A stretch of 64,000 nucleotides of DNA from Cycas panzhihuaensis (taxonomy: Eukaryota; Plantae; Cycadophyta): positions 161,517,741 to 161,581,740 of the forward strand of contig CM041465.1 in assembly GCA_023213395.1 (NCBI GenBank), given 5' to 3'. Numbering within the stretch: the stretch's first letter is position 1; each line of letters begins with the position of its first letter. The notes under the pieces were generated by a model. That model did not search any database. It saw only the letters and a list, made by a program, of their open reading frames with translations, and was not told where the DNA came from. Below are positions 13,701 to 26,560 of the stretch, in pieces. The position numbers and the translations under genes were made by a program.

Positions 13701-14093
13701 AATAAGAAAAGATTGCATGATGAAGGTAAAAATTTAAAGCCTATATATTATGGTCCTTTTAGAATCTTGAAGAAAATTAGAGAAAATGCTTTTCAGCTTG
13801 AATTACAAGAATTCATGAAGATGTATTCAGTTATGAATGTTGAGAATATGAATATGTTTGATCCATCTATATTAGACAAAGATGAAAATAGTGCTACACT
13901 CTTTCTAAATCCAAAGGAGTTACAAGTGGAGAAAGAAGAACCATTATAAATTGATTGCATTCTTCAAAGGAAGTAGACTATAACCAGAAGAGGCAAAATT
14001 GAGTCCTTTAGGATTAAAGAGAAAGGATAACTGCCCAGTGAAGTGAGATGGTATAATAGAGAGAAGGGAAGAATCAAGTTCCCTCACTTGTAA
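10772..14093 (+). pseudogene. pol remainder of Gypsy B (PR-RT-RH-INT-chromodomain-like)
   Basis: Resumes LGLTIHAHLKPYHLRWLQK immediately after the TSD; RT, RNase H and integrase motifs carry many stops. Confidence 0.88.
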
Positions 14094-14280
14094 TTGTGAT
14101 GTTTATGTAGCCATAAAGTTCTAAAAGAATGGGAGTTTTGATCCAAATTGGATCCTTTTTAATCCTTATTTCCCTTTAAAAAATAATGTAAATACCTTTG
14201 GATAGAGTCTCACAAGTGTTTCCAATATTTAACAAGTGAAAAATAGAATTTTATGATCTGATAAATTAAAAAAAATATGT

Positions 14281-14520
14281 ATTACCAAGTATAAATATAT
14301 ACAACCAGGTATAACCAAAGTGCAACCAAGTGTGACCAAACTATAACTAAGTGCGACTGGACTGTGACTAGGTGTGACCAAACTACAAGCAAGTGTAACT
14401 AGATTGCAAGTAAGTACAACTAGATGAGACCAGACTATAACTAGATACAACTAGGTTGTGAATAGGTACAACCAAGTGTGACTAATAGGTGCAAATAGGT
14501 ACGACCAGACTATGACTGAT
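14281..14520. repeat. Degenerate 10/11-bp tandem array (GTGTGACCAG/ACTATAACTAG-like) inside the LTR of B
   Basis: Recurring GTGTGACC, GTACAACC and ACTATAACT units. Confidence 0.75.
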
Positions 14521-15441
14521 GATAAAAAAAGTGATTTAATGATCACGAAATTTACCTAACATAGTTGTACACCTGTCAGTGACTTAATGAAAGACAAAAA
14601 TATTTTTTTTAACTAATTTTTCATCAGTTATAAATGAAAGAAAATTAATATATAAAAGGAGGGAAAAAATAATAATATAGAATAAATGGAATGGAGGAAA
14701 GTTGAACAAACAGGGATGAGTACAAAAATAAATAACCTATATCTATTTATGAGGCAAGAAGGAGACCCAAAAGCTTCAAATGCAGTAGAGGAAAAGCAAA
14801 AGATAGTAGAAGCAGTCCAAAAGAGATGCCAAGTCTTAAACCTCCAAGAAAAGTGAGTTTTGCAGCTGAACAGAGGACAAATCCCCATATCAAAATCACT
14901 AGAAACTATTCTAGGGAGGACTTAGTAGATAAGAAAGAGACCAAATCTCTTTTATTCATTCTTAGGCTACTGTAACAATCCAGTAAATGCTTAATAGAGT
15001 GCAAATTAAACATATATTTGTAAGAATATTATCAAATATAATAAATACATTATAAATATTGGATCTGAGTTGTTTTAATTGGATTAAGTCATTACTTTTC
15101 CATTTAATTTAGATTAGTTTTCTACCTTTATTTCGAATAGAGGGCTAGCTTAAATCCTTCTTTTAAGGGGGTTAGGGTATAAGAAGCCTAGGGACATCAA
15201 TATTTAGGGAATGGCCCTCATGGTTCTCCCATTATTAGGAAATTTTAGGTGTTGTTTATGTCCCTAGGGAGAAGTAGCTAGGGATTGTCTATTTTTCATG
15301 TTCTCTTTGGTTTCTTTTACTTAACACATTTTGTTTGTTTAATAATTAGTGCTTAGATAATAAGTAGTTAAAGTTTCGTTTCTAGAACGTACTTTAGGAG
15401 GACATCTCCCTTTTATTCCAAAGGGAGTTGAAGGTCTATCA

Positions 15442-18400
15442 AGTCATTTCTCCTTAGTTACCTTAGGAAGAATCCTTCCTCTTATCTAAGGTTTAAAGAG
15501 GAGCCACTCCTATTGAATTGCAAGGAATGTTCAAGAGGTTCAAAATAATTGCATTACCTTACAAGCAATTAGGCCTCTAAAAAATAATTAGTAGCTTTAT
15601 GTAAATTCATAACTTGCTTTGAAATTAGCATTTAAGATATGTGGCCTAATTATTTTCCATTAGCATAAAATATTATGCAAGAATGTCAACAAATAAATAA
15701 ATGCAAGATGGAGTTATTTAATATAAGGAAGTATTTTAAGATTCATTAGTACTGTTATCACCAAAATAGGGTATAGATTATATCATTGAGGTAAAGGTTA
15801 GGACAACACCTATTATTATCCAATGATATTGATATCCATATGATCATAAAAGTGAAATTTGGAGGACCATATATGAGCTTTTAGAATTAGGAGAAATTAT
15901 TCTACATAAAAGTACTTTGTCACTATAACAAACTTAATAAGTAAAAATTATGTTTAGTTTTATATGTATAAATTCTCACATACTTAGTTAAGAACCTATT
16001 AAATAGATATCTCATTCCCTAAATCAAGGAGTTGCTTGATGAGTTATACACTACCACTACTTTACTAATATAGGTATCAAATTGTCTTCTAATAAAAACA
16101 CACACAAGGCAATATGAAGGGATTGTGAATTTAATGTAATATTAATTAATATTTTCAATGCACTAAATACATTTAAGGTATTTATAAATAAGGTATTTCA
16201 TTATTTTCCAAGGAATTTTATCTTGTTTTCACTTGATCATATTCTAGTATATAAATGGAATTAAAAGGAGCATATAACATAAGTTGACTAAGTTATTAAT
16301 ACCTTCTAGAGAGCCAAATTATATGGCAAAAAATTGGTGTAGTTTTGGTAATAGGAGATAGAACATTTAGGATATTATCTTAGTAGAAATGATTAAATAT
16401 AATTTGTATGACTTATTGGAATGGGGCACATCTCATACTATGATGAGAGGATTCCCTAGATTCACCAAATATTACTATTACTTTATAAGGAATTGTGTAT
16501 ATCTCACATCATTCCTAATGGACTTACTATAAAAATAGTCTAGATGAAACATAGATGAACTAACATGCTTTGAAAATAAAAGGAAAATAACAACATATTT
16601 ATCCATCCTAGCCATTCTATACTTCTTAAAATCATTCATTGTAGAACATAATGCATATGACAACATAATTCCATCACTTATGGAAGCTAGCAAGTGAAAA
16701 AGCAAGAGAAGTTTAAATCTTCCTATGATAATAGAATGCTCACACTATTCATACCCCATACAAAGAATAGAAATACTTATTAGACATCAACTTTATTATT
16801 GAAATAAATCATAATAGGTTGTAATTCTTCTTAAAACTATATCATATAACCCTTTGGCAATAAAAGGTGTTCAATAAATTGTATTCATATAATTTTAACA
16901 AACTTTATAAGAAAGAGGAACTGAACATATTCATTAAGGCTATATCTCATCATGATAATGAAATTTAGTACTATGTTGTTATACTCATCATATTATTTTA
17001 TACAGATGATATACAAGCCAAATATATTAAGAATATGAATATTGCCCAATTGATGAACATAATTCATGTTGGACAATAAGATATATAATAATAGAGAAAT
17101 GGTATAAACTAGTGTAAGAGAATATTTTTCTTAAAATAATTCCAAATTTATATAATAAGGCTTGAACGAAGGACAAGGTTTACCAACAATGATATATTCT
17201 AGGTTCTATAGGAGCTACCTTCAAACCATTCAAATTAAACAGTAATTCTTCTAGAAGGGTATGAAAAGGAATATTTATAATTGTTGTTTGAGTGGAAAGT
17301 TTATGAAAATACCAAATAAACTTATGTCTATATGCCTTTATATTATAAAGAGGAAATCCTTGTGTACATATTTTGGTGGTATCCTTCAACAAATAACAAA
17401 TGGATTTAGGTCTGCTAGTTTTCCATAACCTACTCATTTACCTTTATTATATGGAATGTAACTTTACAAAGTAATAAAAGTCCTCCTAATCCTTCATTTT
17501 TATATATAATCATACATGGGTTACTATTTAGAATGATAAAAATGATGTCATTTGTCTATATATATTTCTCCCTAGTTTGTTTCTAACAAAATGAAAATGG
17601 TTGTAGTATTTAATTACTCCATATAGATCAATATACAAGATCCAAATGTATAAGTCAACCTAGCTCACCTACTTGAGTTAATTAGCCATTGAGGATTAAC
17701 ACCATGAAAGATGAACGATGCCCTAAGAAAAGAGGAAAACATTGCCCAAAGAAGATATAACAAAGGAAAAGGCCATAATAGAAGGCATGGTCATTCTAAA
17801 GGTAATCCCTATAATAAGGACAAATGGAAAACAACTTCTTCGTTCCTATAGAACACTAAGGATGGATATAAGAAGAACTAGTATAGTTATCAACCACATG
17901 TCCCTTTCCTATATAAGGGTTGGATTTGAGAGAGGATGGTTGCCATGATAATGATGAAGATGATTGGACTAAACATGTCAATTCCCTTCCTATACATTGA
18001 CTCCTTAATGTTATTTATTGTCTCTCATCCTATGTTGTTATATTCTGTGGTTTTTATATTTTTTTATATACTAGTTGGTTATAAAGATTGTGTTACTATT
18101 TTATCAAAATTATATCACTTATTAGAGGTATGACTCACTTATAAGAGACAGTGAGGATTATTTTAATATTTTTAATTTTTTATCATAAAAAGATATAATT
18201 ATTTTAATTAATAGAATCATAATGTCACATGCCTACCTCTCCTAAATAGACTAAGGCAAACTTAAAATGTGTATTTTACAATCATGGTATTGGAATAAAT
18301 AGAATAAGATTGTAAAATATAGTTTATAATATAAAATTTGTTATTAGTTTTGAAATGAGAGATCATAAGTCTTAAATAGACATTATATAAGTATATTATA

Positions 18401-20040
18401 TTAGTTTGAAAGTTATAATCCTAAATATATATTATTGGAATCTAATTTCACTTAAATTATCCTTAAGATTGACCATAGCTGAAGATATCATGGAATTTGG
18501 GTAGAAATTATATATGTGACTATATATACGGAGTGGTTGGGTCATTTAGAATATTAATATTTAGAATTTATTTGGTCTATTCACTCCTTCAGGAGTATGG
18601 TTTATTTTTAGAGGCTCCCTTCCCTGGAAGAAGGATAAACTTTGTAAAAGGATTTTATAAAAGCTTTGTAATCAAGATAAGTTTTATTATTTAATATTAT
18701 TCCATTTTATTATGAAGTTGTCATATTTACTATTATTTCATTTATTTATGCATTGCAATATTTGTTATTATATCTATACTTCTTATTTTCAGTGCAATTT
18801 AGAGTGGTTATTAGCATTTTTTTTATTTTGTCTTTTGATATTTAGGAGTACTCAAGTATTTTTACATTCTTCCACATATAATTTGAACAAAAATAAAACC
18901 ACCAAATATGAAAACATTCTACCTCTTAGGTCATTATAGGGTTCTCCTATTTAATAATCAAAATCGGAAGTACTAATATAAACTTCAATGATCATGATCC
19001 TTAATTTGAAAGTATTCTTTTAAAATGAGTTGTTCTCATGGTTAGGGATAACATTTAAGATAATATGTAGTTATTTTACTCAATAAACCTACGAAAATAA
19101 AGGTATGAATAAATGCTTAAAGGTATATTTATAAATCTTGATAATAGGTAAATAAAACTATTGGATTAAGTTATTACAATTAGCACAGTCATAGCATAAT
19201 ACAATTTATCATATATCCATTAAAGTGGCTCCATCTAATGTATTATATAAGTATAATCTAATTAAAACAATTTATTGGGTAGTTATTAGTCTAAAAATTC
19301 GAATACTAGATAGTTACTGGCAAGAATCACAAAATCTAATTATTTGATAATAACATTTCACCACTACCTTAAAAAATCAAATGAAAGATGACCCTAGAGA
19401 AGATACAAAGAGAATTGAAAGTTGAAAACCAAGCGTATGTTTAATTGCAACCATGAAAACAAGCTTCCTTGGAAAGCATTAAGAAAGAAAAATCCATTCT
19501 ATGATTCTCTAGTTTATATCACATAGATTGAAAATCTTGGCAAGTGATTTATGCTTTAGACATACTAGCCATTACATATATTAATGATATTTACCACATT
19601 TCATAATTAAAGAAGAGATGAGAAATGCAAGCAATAACCCCAACTAAAATTCTAGCATGCAATGAAGAATGTATATTATTCATAATATTAAAAATAAAAA
19701 ATAATCCTTAGAGTGAGAGAAAGATGTTTTCATTAAAAATACATTTTGGGACATCTAGCCAAGTGCAAGGAACTACCATATGAGAATGTTATAATTTTGG
19801 AGAAATATTTCAATTTAAAAGATTTGATTCCTTGCTTCTCAATATGCTATGAGAGCAAAGAAATTGTAAGAGTTGTGGCTTATAACAAGCCCAAATAAAC
19901 ATAATATATATTTTAGATTAAATAACCATTAAAAATGGTAGTTAATTAAATCTAAACTCTATTAATTCAAAGGATATATTTAATTCTCCAAAAGCCATGA
20001 TCTATACCCAAGATTGGTACAAATCATCATTTAATTCATT
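15442..20040 (+). mobile_element. Element D: very old, heavily decayed Gypsy/chromovirus pol with the start of its 3' LTR; host of B
   Basis: RT remnants ~15750-16500; RNase H ~16600-16950; integrase Zn-finger (...KGMKR ~17265) resuming ~18860; chromodomain-like ~19720-19810; LTR start TGTAAG at 19865. Confidence 0.6.
17285..18858. mobile_element. Putative ~1.57-kb solo LTR inserted into the integrase of D
   Basis: Non-coding block separating two contiguous integrase parts; imperfect inverted termini TGTTTGAGT...ACTCAAGTA; TSD not recognisable. Confidence 0.4.
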
Positions 20041-20949
20041 CTGTGGACACCTTTATAAAATAAAACACAGATCGTTGATCCGGCCTTTGAACCGCCAATA
20101 TCAGGCATTTGGACCATTAATCTGTTCATATGGGGGGTTCGGGTCACGATAAAGTATTTAGTAAACGTTATTACAGATTGATAATTATAGGGTCTCTACT
20201 GCGGATAGATGGGAGAAGAGCTTGGACGAATGGCATGCTCACTCCTCGACACAGGGAAACTACCAACTCTTAGACGGAAGGAAGATTTTTTATGAGGTTG
20301 GGAGCTTCACCAGGGCTATTAGGATTGCAGCGGAGGAGGACTGCTCCGCTGGGATTGGAACCTCAGATCTATCTCTGGTCGATTTCCATGCCCCCTAGGA
20401 AGTTCCCAGGAACAAGGGACATCCCTTTAAATTTGATAAGGCGATTAGCCTCTGGTATAGAAAAGTCCCTTGAGTTAGAGGGCCGCAGCCAAATCGGCCT
20501 ATGGCTGACGAAGAGGACTCATCCATGCATTTGAACCCACACGGCAGTAGTGTCCTGGACTCAAGATGTGGAGGTCACCAGAAGGTGTGGTCACGTGACC
20601 GTGCGGGACCCTGGAGGCTCCTGCCAATGGCTCAAGCCCTTCAGAGTGGAGTGCCTTCTACTGTAGGCGTCTGGGGGAAAAGGAAGAGCCTCTCGCCCCG
20701 AGGTTTGTGTTAACTCCCCAACTTTTTTGTGTAGTAGGATTCGAAACCATGACACCACCGATGGCGTGGTTGATTCGCAATGGTAAAACTATGGTTTTCA
20801 GCATGCGGCTGCCGAAGAGCGGTTTGAACGGTAGAAAGAAACAAATGGCTTGCTCAATTAAGTAAAATGTCATCATTTTGTTATTTTGTTATTGTTACTA
20901 GATCCTTAAAATAATAAAATAAATATCAATTTAAAAAAAAAACAAAAAG
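20041..20949 (+). mobile_element. CpG-rich, 5'-truncated LINE (L1-like) 3' end with A-rich tail
   Basis: Abrupt rise in GC and CpG. Peptide remnants WTINLFIWGVRVTIKY and IIGSLLRIDGRRAW resemble the L1 ORF2 C-terminus. AATAAA precedes an A-run at ~20933-20948. No TSD found. Confidence 0.5.
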
Positions 20950-21032
20950 AAGGGGAATCATTATATCAAAAAATAAAATTATTAATCAGTGTGAGTAACA
21001 TAATCATAATTTTTTTTTTTCTAGATAATTTT

Positions 21033-21215
21033 TTAAGATTTTGAAGGGCATTGGTAACACTTGTCGAAGAGCCCAAAAGTATGAACCTGCCTTGAGAAGT
21101 TGGTCATACTTGCCCAACCTCCAAATCCAAATCCAATCACAAAGACCCATATTGCCACAACTGCACTGAGTCCAAACTTGACCTTCCACTTCCATTTGAA
21201 TTTATCTAATTTCAT
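21033..21215 (-). CDS. AUX1/LAX: Terminal coding exon of an AUX1/LAX-family auxin influx carrier
   Basis: Translates to MKLDKFKWKWKVKFGLSAVVAIWVFVIGFGFGGWASMTNFSRQVHTFGLFDKCYQCPSKS*, matching the AUX1/LAX C-terminal signature (GFGFGGWAS.TNF.RQV.TFGLF.KCYQC). It is preceded by the acceptor CCTTTGTGCAG (AG at 21217-21216) and has no internal stops. Confidence 0.9.
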   Translation of the reverse strand: MKLDKFKWKWKVKFGLSAVVAIWVFVIGFGFGGWASMTNFSRQVHTFGLFDKCYQCPSKS

Positions 21216-21458
21216 CTGCACAAAGGATATTCCATTAACTAGTTAGTTAATACATCGTTGATCTGCACATATAAATCATTACTAATTCATTATATATTCC
21301 TTTTATATAATATGAGCATCCTAATCCTAAAAAATAAAATGTATCACATGTATTTTCTTGAACTAGATGCTCAATCAATTCATCTAGAACCAAATGTATC
21401 ATTAAAATCCACCAAAAACTCTATTTACTAATAATGTTTATTTTTGAAAAATGGAGAA

Positions 21459-21482
21459 TGTGTGTGTGTGTGTGTGTGTGTG
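21459..21482. repeat. (TG)12 microsatellite
   Basis: Read directly from the sequence. Confidence 0.95.
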
Positions 21483-21996
21483 GGTGTGCGCGTATGTGCA
21501 TGTGCTTCAACCTTACAATTTTTGGACTAAGAGAATTCATTTTATCAAAACTATAGATGGATAAATCTCACACTTCCTTGATCAATTAAGAATTGGCCCT
21601 AATTCTTTATGGAGCACACATTTTAGATTTCTTAATAGAGTTCCTAGAGATGACATATTTATTCACTACATACCATAAATAAGACCATATAAAAGGAATA
21701 TTTTAAGAGACAAACCTAATTCAAAAGAATGGATTAGCATTATTGAATTTAATCAAATCAACATTAGGTAATTTAGTCCTAGAGAAGCAATTCTAATTTG
21801 GCATTAGGTAGACATTATGGATTAACTAGAATTGATCATTCACATGCCAAATATACTAACCACCTGTCATGAAAAAACCCATGGAGAAAAGAAACCTAAA
21901 AAAATAAATTCTAGTTCAACATCAATTATCACTTTTGATTTTCTACCATTAGTGTTAGATACATTAAATTCATTAGCTTGAAGTGACAAGGGAGCT

Positions 21997-24063
21997 TGTT
22001 AACCAAGTCAATATAAAGAAATATAGAGAGAAATAGAAGAAATAAGATGAAAGAAGAAGATAGAGTTCTGAAGAACATCCATTAACATATCATTGTATCA
22101 TATTTTCCTCTTTACAATAGAGTGGGATATATATAATACTCACCCCCATATTATTATATTCCTACCTTTATATCAACCAATCCTATTAATCCTCATATGA
22201 TGGAGGGTCATAGCCCTCTCTAACATGTGGTGTAGGCTCACCACATTCCCTCTCCCCTTAGATGCTTCGCCCTCGAAGCATCCTAATACATAGATGCATG
22301 TGACCACCTCTTGCTATTGGTGTCCAACTTATAGATCCATTAAAGGTTGTCTGAAAATCTGCTCATAGAATAAGGATCTATCCATCCCAAGTCGATCTTT
22401 ATATGTCTGGCATCTCTATAACCTTGGAACCTCAAGCTTGAATGATTTGTATGCTTGCAGTACTTAGTTTGTGAGGGCTTTGTATAATATATGCATCGAT
22501 GCTGAGTCTCCTGATAATGTGGGTGTCGATAAGGTCCCACTTTGGTATGTGCTCTAACTTTTGATGAGTGATGGTCTTCCTTGTCCTTGACTTCGACTGG
22601 TGGTGTGGAATGACAAACAGTTTCTACTGTGTTACCCTGCTGCTCATTTTCTCCCTTATCATCTTTCTTTTGCTCTTGACTTTGAGGAGTAGGGAGAATT
22701 CCTTGTTCCACCTTACGATTATATTTTTCAAGTATTTGACGAGCTTCTTCTTTGTCTTGCTCAAGGCTTTGCATCTGATTCCACCAAGAATCATCATATT
22801 TTGAACCAATGATAAACTCGAACCATAAATATGAAGTACATTGACCAGGTGTGTTATACCACTGCTTAAACCAAAGATAAGCTTCTCTTTGTAGATACAA
22901 TGAGGCTACTTTAGTCAACTCTATGTTGCCTACATAGTGAGCATCAAGTGATTTTAAATATGTAGACATATCATTGAGCCAGTCTTTTATAGAGAGAGTT
23001 CCATCTACATTAAATATGCGATGTATGGGTCTTTTTATAGCCATGTTGATGTGGGTATAAGAGAGACTAGGGGGTGTCTATAGCCAGTTATCCCCCAATT
23101 TTAATACAAAGAGATATTAGGCCTCAAGAGCAATGGTTTTGTGACCAAGGTGCGAATGTACCAAATACAATATAGAAACTTTAACTTTAACTTTAAAATT
23201 TTAATTCTGAAAAAAAATACGGCCATGAAAATACGATTCCAACGATTCAGACAGAATTAAATTCTGACGTCTAAATCAAAAGTTATAGATGTTTAAGAAA
23301 TTTGTTACTAGGGTTTCTAATGACTGTAATAGTACCTTCTAATAAAATACCAATAACTCTCTGCTCTGACCTTTGATTGACTTCAAACCACTTCCATTGG
23401 AAAGAAAATTTAAAAACGCATAGAATAAAAAAAAAATTAAGGTCATTTGGACACCTGTAGCCAAAGTTATGGCTCTTTGAAGTTGAGGTTGCAAATATGT
23501 CCCAAAAATACGTCAACGGAAAGTAGGTTGAAATAAAATTGGCTATGATTTCTGTAACTTTTCGTCAAAACTAGCACTATAACCACTCAAAATTTATGGC
23601 ATGGGCCCTTTCGTCTCGAATTCTTTGACGTTTCCTTAAGAATCTTTCGTCTTTGATTCCAACGAGTAAAACTTTTGTATGCTAAAAACCTTGAAAAAAA
23701 ATTTGGCAAAAAATGGGTCCCTAGCTCTTGTATGGATCAGAAAATAGTTCTGATCTTTCGGGCAACTTTCCACGATCACAACGCAGCTCTGATACCACTT
23801 GTTACATGCTTATTCTATAACCAAATCAATATAAAGAAATATACAAAGAAATAGAAGAAATAAGATGAAAGAAGAAGGTAGGGTTCCGAAGAACATCCAT
23901 TAACATATCATTGTATCATATTCTCCTCTTTACAATAGAGTGGGGTATATATAACACTCACCCCCATATTATTATATTCATACCTTTATATCAACCAATC
24001 CTATTAATTCTCATATGATGGAGGGTCATAGCCCTCTCTAACATGTGGTGTAGGCTCACCACA
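21997..24063 (-). mobile_element. Element E: 2067-bp gag-only non-autonomous LTR retrotransposon (TR-GAG-like)
   Basis: LTRs at 21997-22245 and 23800-24063 (about 11 substitutions plus one 15-bp indel); PBS tRNAiMet 23785-23797; PPT 22246-22260; TSD GAGCT/AAGCT; a single ORF and no pol. Confidence 0.92.
22340..23044 (-). CDS. Intact 234-aa Gag-like protein of element E with an unassigned C-terminus
   Basis: The N-terminus FNVDGTLSIKDWLNDMSTY...VASLYLQREAYLWF resembles the Ty3/Gypsy capsid N-domain. It is followed by a charged coiled-coil/QEK-rich linker and a His/Tyr/Cys-containing tail. Confidence 0.75.
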   Translation of the reverse strand: MAIKRPIHRIFNVDGTLSIKDWLNDMSTYLKSLDAHYVGNIELTKVASLYLQREAYLWFKQWYNTPGQCTSYLWFEFIIGSKYDDSWWNQMQSLEQDKEEARQILEKYNRKVEQGILPTPQSQEQKKDDKGENEQQGNTVETVCHSTPPVEVKDKEDHHSSKVRAHTKVGPYRHPHYQETQHRCIYYTKPSQTKYCKHTNHSSLRFQGYRDARHIKIDLGWIDPYSMSRFSDNL

Positions 24064-26560
24064 AAGCTTAACTTATACAAGTGGTAATATAAAATTTAAT
24101 TAGAATAAGATCAGATAATAAATAAACTTAAGCCATGATGATAGTTATTTGATGTCGCACATCTCTAAATCTCATAAAGAAGTGAAATCTTACATAAAGA
24201 TATGGTTCACTTCACTTCTACAAAAGGGAGCATGGTCTCCACTTAACACTTAAAAAGTAAGAAGATAAAAAAATATAGCATATGAAGAGTGCTTGGAACT
24301 CAATCGAGGTGAGATCAATTGAGGAGACTAGGTCTATGAAGACTTAGCATGGAGAGGGTTCTCTTTTCTCCTTGTTTTATTTTTTTAAAGTTCTAATTGA
24401 TATAATTATAATCTATCCATACAAAATATAGAAGAATGGCACGTACAATGAATGCATAGGTTAGAAGAATAATATAAATTTGCAAGTATATTCTAATCCT
24501 TAAGCTAAATTGTTCCTAGTGTAAAAAATTGTAGTAACTCCAAACTCTAAGAGTGATCAACTTACCATCTACTTTCATCATACAAGTCTTACAAAGGTAT
24601 GAGGATAATATACTATGATCTAATAAGTTGTTATTCCTCCCTTTTTACACTATCATCTCTATTTATGGTTTGGAAAAGAGGATGTTATCGTAGAACTCTT
24701 CACAAGAGGTGACCATAGAAAAAAAAAAAAAAAGTAATAAACAAAGAACATTAATCTTGGTGTCACTTTAGAAAGTGTTGACATTAATAACAAGAGCTCA
24801 AATGTGTGGATGAACCATATAATGAGTATATTATTCCTATAGCTTGTTCCTATTATCACTCACTTGTTCATGATCTTAAGCCAACTAAGTAAGATCATGA
24901 ATCGATTGGGAATGGACAATTTATACATCAACAATGAGCTTGCCTATGATTTAGATTAATTATGTAATTGAGTTGTTGAACTATATATTTCATGATGTAG
25001 TTTTAAATACTAGAGCCCTTTCCTAACCAACCTACTTCGTATGTATTATCTTTATGAAAGTTAAATAGCGTCACTTAATACCATATAATATTCCATTTAT
25101 CTCATCTTATGCCTATCTATTATTTGATTCCTATAATAAAGATGTTTATTCCATGACAAAGTGGATATAATTATACAATGTTCATTATATGGAATCTATA
25201 TTATAGGTGCTAAAGACCCAATTGCCAAATACCTCTTAGCTTGTCAATGGCTTTGATATATGGATTCTAATTAACACTAGTGTAGACTTTTATAGTTTGG
25301 GAGTGTCGATAGGCATAACTTGTAGTTGCAGTCAGATTTTGGGCTCCATTCATTAACAATGTTACCCGTAGCATTGCATATGTTATTTCAGACTACACAC
25401 CTTATAACACCCTTAATTGTCGTTATAGTTTTATTTGCAAAGGTGTGGGAAAATGCATGGTTTTCACATCATGGGAAAGAAGTTGGGCTAACATGGGGTG
25501 CAATATTGTGCAAAAATTTGAACACTAAGAATTTGGGAACATGTGGGTAAATAGTTTTCTTTAATTTTCCTATTTACTCTTGTCCCATGGATAGGAGTAT
25601 TTCTCCTCGATGAATTCCACTGAGGGTGCCTATTGGCACAATTAGAGTGGTGTAAAAGCAAAGGTCTAACTCATTGACTTCCTAAGAGAATAAAGGTACA
25701 TATTTCCCATAGATGGAGATAAAGAACTCATTGATATTTTAAATACATTAAAGAAGGAGACATATTCTTAATTCCATGATGAATACTAGCAAGAAAAAAT
25801 TGAAGTGGTGTGACCCACTATTTCCCATGCTTCTCCTAAGAAACAACATTATGTTCGTAAATTTTTAAAAGGCTAGTAGCATGAGATCATCTACTAAATT
25901 ACTTATTTGATCTCCTCATCTTCCCTTGATATCCATATCTTTAAATAATACTTCATTAGGAGTCCATATTAAAAAATGCCTACCACTACTATTAAAGAAA
26001 AAGTGAAAAGTACCATTTCCTCCTAAATTATGAGAAGATGAAGAAGATTATGAAGAAAGTTTTGGATAGAGGAACAAATCAACCTTTAAGAAAATTAGAA
26101 GAAAGATGACTAACCAACTAAAGGTTCAATGGAGAATCACATTAAGTTGATAAATGATAATAAAGTTAAGCTTGAGGATGGAGAAGTATCCTTATATATT
26201 TCAATTTATAAGATGCATTCTTTTAGTCAAATACTCGATGCATTATACTTTATTAACAAATGAGATATTACTAGTCATTGAGTAAATAGTGAAAGCACTT
26301 TTCCTTATGCAAATTTTTGATAAATTTTAATAAGGATATGGACAATGTTCACATTAACTTAATAGAAAAGCAAGGCAACTCATATAATTATCAATATAAT
26401 AACACTTTTTTATGCATACAATGTTGAAAGCCTTATTCTCATTATCAAAATTATGGTCCATCTCTTTAGGATAATGGCTGTAATATAGTATGTTGCAACT
26501 ATTCGACTTCATGCTAATGTATTAGACCTTAATAGAGATAAGGTGCATTAACCAACAACC

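Larger units (their letters stand above)
2130..15441 (+). mobile_element. Element B: degenerate Ty3/Gypsy chromovirus (CRM-like), interrupted by Copia C; its 5' end is displaced by A
   Basis: Domains read: gag FKVEAKLKLPIYDGTMDAEKLDNWLDQLE (~2435-2525); protease split at 3380/10772; RT ~11400-11950; RNase H PFELETDA ~12186; integrase ~12850-13500; chromodomain-like tail to 14093. A purine tract precedes a 3' LTR TGATCC...CTATCA (14139-~15441); TGAT/ATCA termini are typical of CRM elements. Confidence 0.8.

Noticed and set aside
14281-14520. Tandem arrays (also 26870-27110 and 55781-55935) as CRISPR-like repeats
   Set aside because: The context is eukaryotic TE DNA, with no unique spacers and no cas genes.
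20737-20790. B-box-like GGTTTCGAATCC on the minus strand (tRNA or SINE?)
   Set aside because: It has an extra T, and there is no convincing A-box, cloverleaf, tail or TSD.
20292-20876. Short GC-rich ORFs (70-80 aa) as a host gene
   Set aside because: There is no recognisable protein, all frames have stops, and the region is better explained as a LINE-like 3' end.
24659-24859. Hydrophobic minus-strand ORF containing IWF as a candidate LAX penultimate exon
   Set aside because: It lacks FPFFGPINS and the other LAX motifs; the hydrophobicity comes from AT-rich composition.
24900-26550. Decayed coding-like stretch, possibly a transposon accessory gene
   Set aside because: It is too degenerate to assign a family by eye, so it is not listed as a feature.
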